36,225 nucleotides of DNA from a virus. Taxonomy: Duplodnaviria > Caudoviricetes. Made by a program: the position numbers and the translations under genes. The notes below the pieces were generated by a model. That model had not been told where the DNA came from. It saw nothing but the letters and a program-made list of their open reading frames with translations, and searched no databases. Shown here piece by piece: positions 17,941 through 26,400 of the stretch (positions are counted from its first letter, which is position 1; each line of letters opens with the position of its first letter). The DNA lies in the IMG/VR virus record IMGVR_UViG_3300020042_002188, positions 1 through 36,225 of that record; one strand, 5' to 3'.

Positions 17941-20900
17941 ATGGCACTTGTTGATGATTTTGAAAAATTCAGAGCAGCCCAGTCGGAGAAACCACAACCT
18001 GTTCCTCCACCACAGCAAGATAGTTTTGTTAATGACTTTGAGGCTTTCAGACAAACAGCTTCCGCTTTAAAGCCAGCAGAAGCCCCTATTCCAGAACCTA
18101 CAACTGCTAAGCCTTCTCTTATAGACATTGCTAAACAAAGCAGCATTCAAGCTGCTGCTAGTAATTTAGAAAGAGAAAAGAAGATTAAAGAAAGTCAGTT
18201 TTCTTTTAAAGACTTATCTGAAAATCAAGACAACTTTAAAGCCATCAATGACTATGCCACAGCTAGGTTTGGTAAAGAAGGAGTTATGCTTCCTAATGAA
18301 ACCAAAGATGATTATGTTAAGCGATGGGCTAGCCACATGCGTATGCTTTCTTTTGGTAACCTTATTTCAGGTACACAAGAGATACAATATTTAAACAACG
18401 CCAGTAGAGAAGACTTGTTGAAAGCTAAGAAAGCTTATGACATCTTTGACAACACTGCAAGCTACTTCAGTGACAAAGGACAGAAAGGATTTACTCCTGT
18501 TCTTGATGCATTAGGAAGTATTATTAGTGACCCAACTACAGCCATCTCTTTAGGTGCTGGTACTGTAGCTAAGAATGTCTTTGTTAAAGAAGCTGCTACA
18601 AAAGGAATTAGAGCAGCACTAACTAGCAGACTTGGTGCTACTGCTGCACTCACTGTCCCTGCTGTGGAAAGCACTGGTGCTGCTTTAGGTAATGTACAAG
18701 AACAACGTAGAAAACTTGTAACACAAGACGCTGCTAACAAAGATACAAGAGCTAAGGTTGAACAAGCTAAGCAAGTGGTGGCACAGCTTCCTCCAGAACA
18801 GCAACAAGAAGTGGTTGATCAAATTAAAGAAGTTGAAGCAAGCTTAGTAGTAGAAGAAAAGAAAGTTGCTGAAGGCATCAACCTTGCTGAAGTTGGTACT
18901 GCTGGAGCCATTGGTGCGGTGGCTGGAACCTTAGAAACAAGTGGCTTGTTAACAGCCGCTAGGCTAGCTAAAGGCAAAACACAAGTGGGAGAGCTAGACA
19001 CCATATTAGAGGGCCGTAGAGAGGCTGCTAGAGGCCGTATAGAGCCTAAGATGGATGTGACTACACCGCCGCCTGAAGTAAAGATAACTGCTAAAGATCC
19101 AACAGAGATACAGCTAGAAGATGCCTATGACATCTTTGAAGGTAGGAAGCTTCTTAATAAAGAAGGAGAACCTACAGCCATTGCTGAGATGCAGATAAGA
19201 AACGATGTGAACAAAAAGGCTGCACAGATTGCAGGTAATATTTGGTCACAGGTTCCTGAGCTTGCTCCTAAAGGTGAGCAAAAGATTAGTGATGCTGTTA
19301 AGAATGTTTTCATGAACATTGAGAACATTGATGATGTTGTTCTTCGTGATGCTCTAGCTAATGCTGGAGTCACACCAGAAGAGTTTGCTCGTATGAATAG
19401 AACAACAGCAGGGGATGCTGGTCGTACACTGCAAGCCTATTCTGTACTTGCCCGTTTACAAAACAAACTTAAGAACATTGATAAAGCAGCAGCCAAAGAA
19501 GTTGATTTGATGTATGGTAAACGCAATACATTGACATCTGCCTTCACTGGTTTTTATGATTTAACATTGAGAGTGGATAGAGAGCTTAAAGCTTTGATGG
19601 TGTCACAAGTTGCTACCACTATACGCAATGGTTATTCAGGACTTGCTGTTGTTACTTTTGGTGCAGCATCTGAAGTCATTGAATCTTCTCTCTATCGCAT
19701 GGGTAAGACAGCCTATGAACTAGGCAGTGGTAAGCCATTAACAGGAAGCTTTACTGGTGGTCTTAAAGGTGTTTATGATGATGCCGTTAGAACAGCTTTC
19801 TATTTAGGACAAAGCAATCTATCTTCTGATGTAGCTGAAAGACTTCTTGCTGGTTCTCCTACACTGCGTGGTCGTATCTTACGCACAGTTGGTGAGAACG
19901 ATGCCACTGATCTTTCTAAAGTTGCACAGATGGCTAACACATTGAACGTAGCTCAGGATGCTTTCTTTAGAAAAGCCATCTTCACTGCCTCTGTTGAAAA
20001 GCAACTTAGCAGAGTGGGCATTGATATGTATGATATCATGTCACAAGGAAAGAATATTCCTTTTGATGTGCTAAAGAATGCTACAGATGAAGCACTAACT
20101 GCTACGTTTAGCAAGATGCCAACACAGGGACCAATGTTCTATGCAGTTAAGTTTGTGGAAGCATTAGGCCCTGTCGGTTCTACCCTCATTCCTTTCCCTC
20201 GCTTCATGGCTAATGCTATGACATGGACATACAAGCACAGCCCTATGGGTATCTTCTCTGGTGCTGCTGATATAGCTAAAGGCTCTTCTATGTTAAGAGC
20301 AGGTAATGAAGAGGGTCAAAGATATTTAATGCAGGGCTTAGAGAGTACATCTAAGGGTGCTGTAGGCACTGCTGCCATCTATGCTGCTTATAAATACAGA
20401 CAAGAAAATCAAGACACCAAGTGGTACGATGTAAAGAATCCAGATGGTAGTACAGTGGATGCTAGGGCTTTGTTCCCTGCTGCACCATTCCTTGCAATGG
20501 GTGACTACTTAGTCAAGCTTGAAAAAGCTAGAACAGATGAGTTCAGCACTAAAGAATTCTTAGAAGCCATGACAGGTTTTAAAGCTCCTGCTGGAACTTC
20601 TGCGTGGTTGGGAGATAAGTTTGCTGAGTCAGTATCTAATATGCAAACAGGCGAGGGCAGTGCTGATCAGAAGGTGGCTACATTCTTTGGTGAATGGGCA
20701 GGTCAATATTTTGGTAGAGCATTGATCCCTGTTCAACAGGTTAGTGACTTGATTGGTGCTATTGATAGAGATGAAAATCTACCAAGAGATGCTTATCAAA
20801 TTCCTGCTGGTGAAGAAGGGTTTGTTTCTTCTGCCCTTGCACAGCTACAAAAGAAAACTCCTATTCTTAAACAAGAACTTCCTGTGTATCAACCAGCTAC

Positions 20901-23613
20901 AAGAAGAGAAGCTGCATTCAATGATGCAGGTCCTTTGAAGATATTTACTGGTATTGCTATTAAGGGAGCACCACAGCCCTTAGAAGAAGAAATAACTAAA
21001 CTTAAAATACCAAACAATAAAATCTTTACCTCCACTGGAGATAGGATTGTAGATGCTAGTGCTCGTAAGGTGATGGCTCCTCTGTTGCTTGACACATTTG
21101 ATATATTAAAAAGCACAGACTTCTATCAACAAGCTGGTCCTGATGTTAAGAAAATTGCTATGCAAAATCTTCTTACTTGGGCGCAAACAAATGCTAAGGA
21201 GATAGCCACTAAACAATCAGAGGCTGATGCCTTTAATCGTGGTGAGCAAGCACGTTTGTTTGAAATTAAATATAGTAGACTTGCTCCTGAAGTTAAGAGA
21301 GCTACAGCAGAATTCTATCAACAGAACATGAAGAAAAACTTAGCAGAGACTAAAGACTATGTGTCTGCTCTTGCTATTGCTGCTGCTCTTAAGAAGCAAC
21401 CGGGCTTTGCTGTTGGTGGTGTGGCTAAACAGATGGCTGAAACTCTTATTGGTAAGGGTGCTGCTAAGGTGGCTAAGAAATCTATCACTGAGTCTGCTGA
21501 TGACCTGCTTAAGAAGGTGACAGATATGGCTACCAAAGCAGGCGTGGAAGTTACTCCTGCTGTGAAGCAAACAGAAGACTTGTTAAAGCAACAAGGAACT
21601 CCTATACCTGTTCCTACTCCTGCTCCTAAGCTTCAACCAGCACAAGACACCTTACCCTCCCCTGCACCGGCAGCACAAGCAGAACAGGTAACAGACATTA
21701 TTAATAAGTCTGAACAGATAGCAAATAAAGCAGGAGGAAAAGCAGCATTCTCTGAGATTAATTTTTCTGAGTATGCTAAGTACACTCCTGAACAAATGCA
21801 AGAAGCTGATTCTTTAATGAAGACTAGTTTGGGATCGCAATATCAATTAGATCAATTTAAAAAGGTGGACACTGTAGGCTATCTTAAAAGCTTGATGACC
21901 AAGCTGCAAGAGATTGCTCCTGAAAAGGCAGCTACACCCCCAACATTAAAAGACTTAACCCTTGTCAGTCCTGACCTTGTGTTTACACCAATTAATGATT
22001 TACAAAAAAGGGCTTTGTCTAGAGCACCAGACTTTAACAGTCTTCCTATGGCAAGCGGTGATACGTTTAAAAGAAAAGAAATACTACAGAACATCAGAGA
22101 AATTAGACAGAATGCTTTCCCTGTTTTAGTTGACAAGCTTGATGAACTTTCCTTTACTAAAGGAAGCAAACCTTTGGATGAAGATGTTGTTGCTGTTGCA
22201 CAGGGCGAATACAGAGCAGCTAAAGGAAGAGAAGTAGAGGCAGATGATACTGCTTCTTTAGAAGACTTTGCTTCCTTTGCTTCTAAATATCAAGACAAGC
22301 TTGATGCTTTACGTGTGAAGTATAAGGACACACCTCCTGTTATTCTCTATCACGGAAACAGAACAGAGCGTACTCCTGAGAAAATTGCTAGAGGTTTCTA
22401 CAATCCACAGACAAATAGCAAATCTCATTTTGAATTAAATGTTGGCGCTATTTCTTTTACCAAAGATCCTAACTTAAATTATTTCATTGAGAAGTTTGGT
22501 GGTACAGAACCTAAGAATGTTTCTCAAGTTGAGATACCATATGCTGAATATGAATTCAGAAGAGTGAACATGCCTCTTAACGCCTACGAAAAACAGGATT
22601 TGAATTACTTGGCAAGAGCAATTACTGGTAGTCCTGATGTGGCTAGACCATTAAGTCTGCCACGCTCACAGACATTTAAAGAAACAGAAGATGCTTTTGT
22701 TGAAGCAGATAAACTTACAGTGACACAAGACGTAGCTGGTGTTAGTGAGAAGTATGGAAAGATAAAAGCTAGACAAACAAAAATAGACGAAGCATTAGTC
22801 AGACTTAATGACTTTAATTCTGTGCCAGACACAAACAAAAAACTTGGTAGTTTTGTAGAGAAGAAAAAAACAGAAGAAGGTAAAACAATATACAAACAGA
22901 AAACTCCTATTAATGCATCTCAAGCATACAAGGATATTCGCACTGTCTTTAATGAGATAGCTAAATCATCAGAAGTAACTTCAACTAAAACTGGATATGG
23001 TCAGAACTATTATTCTGCTTTAGAAAAATATAAGACTGAGCTTCTCTCAAGTATTAATAATTTGTTAGATGTCTACAAAGATAAATTTAGCCCTGAAGCT
23101 TTTAATTCTAGTCCTAAACCCACTATGTTATTAGAGCTTAAGAAAGCGTTAAGCAAAACAGAGGGAGTTACAAACTCAGCAGACACTCAGAAGAAAGCCA
23201 TTGAAACCATTAGAGACCTTACACCTAAGCTTAATAAAGGTGGTGGCTTAGGCTTGAAAAGAGACAGCACAGAAGAGGGACTAGCACCATACGGCTTACG
23301 TAATAGTGGTGAGGGTGCTAAAGGTAAGGGATATTTTGGTGCGCTTCCAAATAAGGAAGGCGGTGTGTCTACAGAAATATCTTCTGAGTTTACATACAAA
23401 GGAAAGAATGTAGAGCATCCACTCATTGTGCCTACATTAAATAAAGCTGAGCTTGATCATCTGCTGGCAGGTAAGGAAGCAACTGATGCCATCTATTCAA
23501 AGGCACAAGCCTTTGCAAAGAAGAGAATAGATGCGGGTATGGATACATTCCCTGAGCCTACAGAGCTACGCTATCCAACACCTGATAAAAAGGGACTAGC
23601 GTCTAGGAAGTAA
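17941..23613 (+). CDS. Large internal virion protein (1890 aa) with a C-terminal ADP-ribosyltransferase-like domain
   Basis: Largest ORF and last gene of the structural arm; LYHG...AISFTKDP...ETE motif set at about 22330-22725. Confidence 0.7.
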   Translation: MALVDDFEKFRAAQSEKPQPVPPPQQDSFVNDFEAFRQTASALKPAEAPIPEPTTAKPSLIDIAKQSSIQAAASNLEREKKIKESQFSFKDLSENQDNFKAINDYATARFGKEGVMLPNETKDDYVKRWASHMRMLSFGNLISGTQEIQYLNNASREDLLKAKKAYDIFDNTASYFSDKGQKGFTPVLDALGSIISDPTTAISLGAGTVAKNVFVKEAATKGIRAALTSRLGATAALTVPAVESTGAALGNVQEQRRKLVTQDAANKDTRAKVEQAKQVVAQLPPEQQQEVVDQIKEVEASLVVEEKKVAEGINLAEVGTAGAIGAVAGTLETSGLLTAARLAKGKTQVGELDTILEGRREAARGRIEPKMDVTTPPPEVKITAKDPTEIQLEDAYDIFEGRKLLNKEGEPTAIAEMQIRNDVNKKAAQIAGNIWSQVPELAPKGEQKISDAVKNVFMNIENIDDVVLRDALANAGVTPEEFARMNRTTAGDAGRTLQAYSVLARLQNKLKNIDKAAAKEVDLMYGKRNTLTSAFTGFYDLTLRVDRELKALMVSQVATTIRNGYSGLAVVTFGAASEVIESSLYRMGKTAYELGSGKPLTGSFTGGLKGVYDDAVRTAFYLGQSNLSSDVAERLLAGSPTLRGRILRTVGENDATDLSKVAQMANTLNVAQDAFFRKAIFTASVEKQLSRVGIDMYDIMSQGKNIPFDVLKNATDEALTATFSKMPTQGPMFYAVKFVEALGPVGSTLIPFPRFMANAMTWTYKHSPMGIFSGAADIAKGSSMLRAGNEEGQRYLMQGLESTSKGAVGTAAIYAAYKYRQENQDTKWYDVKNPDGSTVDARALFPAAPFLAMGDYLVKLEKARTDEFSTKEFLEAMTGFKAPAGTSAWLGDKFAESVSNMQTGEGSADQKVATFFGEWAGQYFGRALIPVQQVSDLIGAIDRDENLPRDAYQIPAGEEGFVSSALAQLQKKTPILKQELPVYQPATRREAAFNDAGPLKIFTGIAIKGAPQPLEEEITKLKIPNNKIFTSTGDRIVDASARKVMAPLLLDTFDILKSTDFYQQAGPDVKKIAMQNLLTWAQTNAKEIATKQSEADAFNRGEQARLFEIKYSRLAPEVKRATAEFYQQNMKKNLAETKDYVSALAIAAALKKQPGFAVGGVAKQMAETLIGKGAAKVAKKSITESADDLLKKVTDMATKAGVEVTPAVKQTEDLLKQQGTPIPVPTPAPKLQPAQDTLPSPAPAAQAEQVTDIINKSEQIANKAGGKAAFSEINFSEYAKYTPEQMQEADSLMKTSLGSQYQLDQFKKVDTVGYLKSLMTKLQEIAPEKAATPPTLKDLTLVSPDLVFTPINDLQKRALSRAPDFNSLPMASGDTFKRKEILQNIREIRQNAFPVLVDKLDELSFTKGSKPLDEDVVAVAQGEYRAAKGREVEADDTASLEDFASFASKYQDKLDALRVKYKDTPPVILYHGNRTERTPEKIARGFYNPQTNSKSHFELNVGAISFTKDPNLNYFIEKFGGTEPKNVSQVEIPYAEYEFRRVNMPLNAYEKQDLNYLARAITGSPDVARPLSLPRSQTFKETEDAFVEADKLTVTQDVAGVSEKYGKIKARQTKIDEALVRLNDFNSVPDTNKKLGSFVEKKKTEEGKTIYKQKTPINASQAYKDIRTVFNEIAKSSEVTSTKTGYGQNYYSALEKYKTELLSSINNLLDVYKDKFSPEAFNSSPKPTMLLELKKALSKTEGVTNSADTQKKAIETIRDLTPKLNKGGGLGLKRDSTEEGLAPYGLRNSGEGAKGKGYFGALPNKEGGVSTEISSEFTYKGKNVEHPLIVPTLNKAELDHLLAGKEATDAIYSKAQAFAKKRIDAGMDTFPEPTELRYPTPDKKGLASRK

Positions 23614-23617
23614 TTTA

Positions 23618-23692
23618 TGGTAGGGCATACAGGAATTGAACCCATATTCATGGTGTAGAAGACCATTGTATTATCCATTATACTAATGCCCT
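23618..23692 (-). tRNA. tRNA-Arg(UCU)
   Basis: AGGGCAT TA GTAT-AATGGATA-ATAC A ATGGT-CTTCTAC-ACCAT GAAT ATGGG-TTCAATT-CCTGT ATGCCCT A CCA. Full cloverleaf, encoded CCA, Arg identity elements A20 and C35. Confidence 0.93.
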
Positions 23693-23698
23693 CACTTC

Positions 23699-23884
23699 TT
23701 AAGCAGCTTCTTTAAGCTTCCTTAAGTTATCAAAATAACCCCTATCAAATCCTCTCTGCCACTCCTTACCTTGAGTGGTGTATGGATTGTATTGGTTATT
23801 CAACCATCCCTTTGTGAATGCAAAGTAGCCCTGTTCAAACTGAATACGCAGGGGTGCTGTGCGTTCTGCTTTAATTACAATCAT
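23699..23884 (-). CDS. Rmf (ribosome modulation factor)-like small protein
   Basis: RBS GGAG before ATG 23884; FEQGY.AF...NPY.....EWQRGF resembles Rmf GY.AG...CPY......W..GW. Confidence 0.5.
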   Translation of the reverse strand: MIVIKAERTAPLRIQFEQGYFAFTKGWLNNQYNPYTTQGKEWQRGFDRGYFDNLRKLKEAA

Positions 23885-24357
23885 ATCTTCTCCATTAGCT
23901 GAGATATTTTTAAGTTCCAACAGTCTGACTTTACCACATATCCATTAGTGGGGTCAACATCCCCCTTCTTCATGAACACAGCATCTTTAAAGTATTGATG
24001 TTTTTCATACACACCAAGATACCATCCAATAGAGAAGTCATTCTTCACCCTACAGAAAGCATAGTAGTCACAGTCTTGTTTAATATTTAAATTAGCAATG
24101 CTGCAATCATATGTTTCTAGTGGAACATAGCCTGTCTGCTTTGTCTTGACATCAATCTTAGTTCCATTATCTAAAATTAAATCATAGTCATAAGTGTTGT
24201 CAAGCTTACCACCTAACACCTGCTGAGCAATAGCTTCACCAATGAAGCCAGCCATGTTGCCAGCCCCCCTGATGATGCTATTGTAAAGCTGCCCCATCTC
24301 AGCAGCTTTGTCTCTTGCTTCCACTAACATAGTGGGAGTGATGGTTACTTCAATCAT
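23881..24357 (-). CDS. PD-(D/E)xK nuclease-like protein
   Basis: GFIGE...YDYDL......IDVKT pattern; ATGA overlap with the RNR stop. Confidence 0.55.
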   Translation of the reverse strand: MIEVTITPTMLVEARDKAAEMGQLYNSIIRGAGNMAGFIGEAIAQQVLGGKLDNTYDYDLILDNGTKIDVKTKQTGYVPLETYDCSIANLNIKQDCDYYAFCRVKNDFSIGWYLGVYEKHQYFKDAVFMKKGDVDPTNGYVVKSDCWNLKISQLMEKI

Positions 24358-26270
24358 CGGACAGGACAAGCACCAGAGGCACAGTCGTCATCAAGTCCAA
24401 TGTTAGCTTCATCAATAGTGGTGATGAGTTTAGTGCTTGCAACCAATGCATTGTATTGGTCTTCACTAATCTCTTCCAGCGGTGCTTGATGGAAGCCATG
24501 CTCTGAGTGCAGCAGGAAAGACAAGCTCTTATGGCTGTGCTTGTAATGCTTCTTCAGATACTTACGTATCTCTGGAAGTTCTTCCTTACGATAGTAGACA
24601 GTACAGGACACACTGTTATCACTCCACACTTCTTGTAACCACTTAACAGTTTCCAATTGCTGGATGGCTGTCACATCCTTAGCCAACACTGCATGATCAG
24701 GGTGACGGAATGGGAATGATACAACCATAGTTGAATGGTCTTCACTGCCATCGAAGTTACGCTGATACTCTACAGGGTAGCCATGATCACGGCACACCTG
24801 CACCAGTGAATGATTAGAAGCAATACGGATACGTCTAATCATAAATCTAGCATAGGCTGGATGACAGCCACTGGTAACACCGGGCAACAAAGACAATGTG
24901 CCTGATGGCTTAACAGTGGTGAGCTTCACAGACTTATTGAAGCCATGCTTTTGGCTGTAGAAAGCATCATAGTTACGCAGCTTCTTATAAGCCAAAGCTA
25001 ACCAGCTTTTTTGTTCTTCGGTGGATTGAAGCAAACCAGTGATGCCAATACCCATACGCATGTTCTCATGAACAATGGCCTCTGTTTGCGGTAGATGGCA
25101 AGGCAGAGCAAGACTGTGTTTGTTAATCCGATAAAGCAATGTAGCCACATCATTAAACTCTTCTTCACTTTCAATGTTAGGCAGATAGATTTCTGCTAAG
25201 CAACATGTTTCTTTATCAGCCAAGCTTTGCTCAGCACATGGGTTATAGCCCTGCACTTTAGGATCAGGATATTCTGTCTCACCTAAGCGTCCAACTTTAC
25301 GTGACAGCTTCAGGTTGATGAGTCCATAGGGTTCACCCTTACCTTCATAGCCATCCCAAAAGAATTCATGCAGGTCACTGATGTCATCACAGACAACAGA
25401 GTTGTTTGACATTGCTCTCCATGATGGGATGTTTCCCATGTCCCATCGTTTAGCTAACAGATATTCAACATCGTCTGCGTCACCAATAGCAATCTGTGCT
25501 GACCTACGTACATTACCAGCAACAACAATGGAACCAATGATGTTCATAATGTCTAAGCAATCAATGGGGCGTAGCTGCTTTCCTTTGCGCTTTTCCAACA
25601 CATTAGAAATGTTATTGATGCCGTTACACAAATCTTCAGGACCACTAGCTGTACCACCAAAGCCTCTGATGGGTGCTCCCTTACCACGAATAAGCTGTGT
25701 GCTGTAGGTGAATGTACAACCAGTATCTGAGTCGCTTAAGAACGCTGCCTTAAGTGTTTTGCCCAAAAGTTTAACCCACCCTTCACGGCTATCTGGCACA
25801 ATAAAAGAAGCGTCAGCGGTATCAAGGCGAGTAGGACGAACAAATCCAGAATTAACGATCGGAAGTTTATCAACATTTTTCCTTTGAATGTTATAGCCAA
25901 CACCACTGCCTAACATTAATAAATCCATAGCCCATGTAAAAGGCTCAACAGGTTTATCAATAACAGTGAATGCACAGTTCTGTAAGCTAGCTAAGCCAAG
26001 CTTAGAGACAGTGGGAGTACCAAGTTGCCACAGGAAACGTCCTGCAACAATGCCTTTTAAACCCAACAAATAGCCCCTTAAACGCTCTTGTTCTGCTTCG
26101 GTGAAGCCACACCCTAGCTGATCGTTAGTGGCTCTTACAACCCTGTCTACTACGTCTGTAAACTCCTCTGTCTTACTGTTTAAATCTGTCTCATTAAGTC
26201 TTCTTGCATATGTTCTTTTCATTGTTAAATAGCCAACAGTTGACCAAGGCGTTACTACATTAGTATTCAT
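24354..26270 (-). CDS. nrdJ: Class II (adenosylcobalamin) ribonucleotide reductase, monomeric type
   Basis: LQNCAF, VAGNVRRSA, NPCAE (thiyl Cys), ETCCLAE, TTVKPSGT and C-terminal CASGACP. Confidence 0.95.
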   Translation of the reverse strand: MNTNVVTPWSTVGYLTMKRTYARRLNETDLNSKTEEFTDVVDRVVRATNDQLGCGFTEAEQERLRGYLLGLKGIVAGRFLWQLGTPTVSKLGLASLQNCAFTVIDKPVEPFTWAMDLLMLGSGVGYNIQRKNVDKLPIVNSGFVRPTRLDTADASFIVPDSREGWVKLLGKTLKAAFLSDSDTGCTFTYSTQLIRGKGAPIRGFGGTASGPEDLCNGINNISNVLEKRKGKQLRPIDCLDIMNIIGSIVVAGNVRRSAQIAIGDADDVEYLLAKRWDMGNIPSWRAMSNNSVVCDDISDLHEFFWDGYEGKGEPYGLINLKLSRKVGRLGETEYPDPKVQGYNPCAEQSLADKETCCLAEIYLPNIESEEEFNDVATLLYRINKHSLALPCHLPQTEAIVHENMRMGIGITGLLQSTEEQKSWLALAYKKLRNYDAFYSQKHGFNKSVKLTTVKPSGTLSLLPGVTSGCHPAYARFMIRRIRIASNHSLVQVCRDHGYPVEYQRNFDGSEDHSTMVVSFPFRHPDHAVLAKDVTAIQQLETVKWLQEVWSDNSVSCTVYYRKEELPEIRKYLKKHYKHSHKSLSFLLHSEHGFHQAPLEEISEDQYNALVASTKLITTIDEANIGLDDDCASGACPVR

Positions 26271-26295
26271 GTTTCTCCAGTGAATGAATGTTGAG

Positions 26296-26323
26296 GGAAA
26301 ATAAAAGGAGCAGAGTTGCTCCT
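26296..26323 (-). terminator. Terminator-like hairpin in the nrdJ leader
   Basis: Minus strand AGGAGCA-ACTC-TGCTCCT followed by TTTATTTT. Confidence 0.6.
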
Positions 26324-26336
26324 AGATGGGGATGCA

Positions 26337-26378
26337 GTTATACACTAAGAAACCTGCCCTGTACAAGCAACAGGTTTC
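26337..26378 (-). promoter_or_regulatory. Putative promoter overlapped by an 8-bp inverted repeat
   Basis: Minus strand TTGTAC, 18-nt spacer, TATAAC; GAAACCTG (26349-26356) and CAGGTTTC (26371-26378) flank the -35. Confidence 0.4.
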
Positions 26379-26400
26379 ACAAGAAATATATCAAACGAGT

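Noticed and set aside
161-23426. Numerous minus-strand ORFs within the structural arm (and plus-strand ORFs in the replication arm)
   Set aside because: They lie opposite well-supported genes, lack recognisable motifs and reflect codon bias.
23654-23662. Amber suppressor tRNA (CUA appears in the anticodon loop), suggesting stop-codon recoding
   Set aside because: With the ATGGT/ACCAT stem the 7-nt loop is CT-TCT-AC, so the anticodon is UCU. A20 supports Arg, and genes are intact under the standard code.
26271-26400. Cobalamin riboswitch or NrdR boxes upstream of nrdJ
   Set aside because: The gap is short and I see no B12-box or convincing NrdR palindrome. An Rfam scan would settle it.
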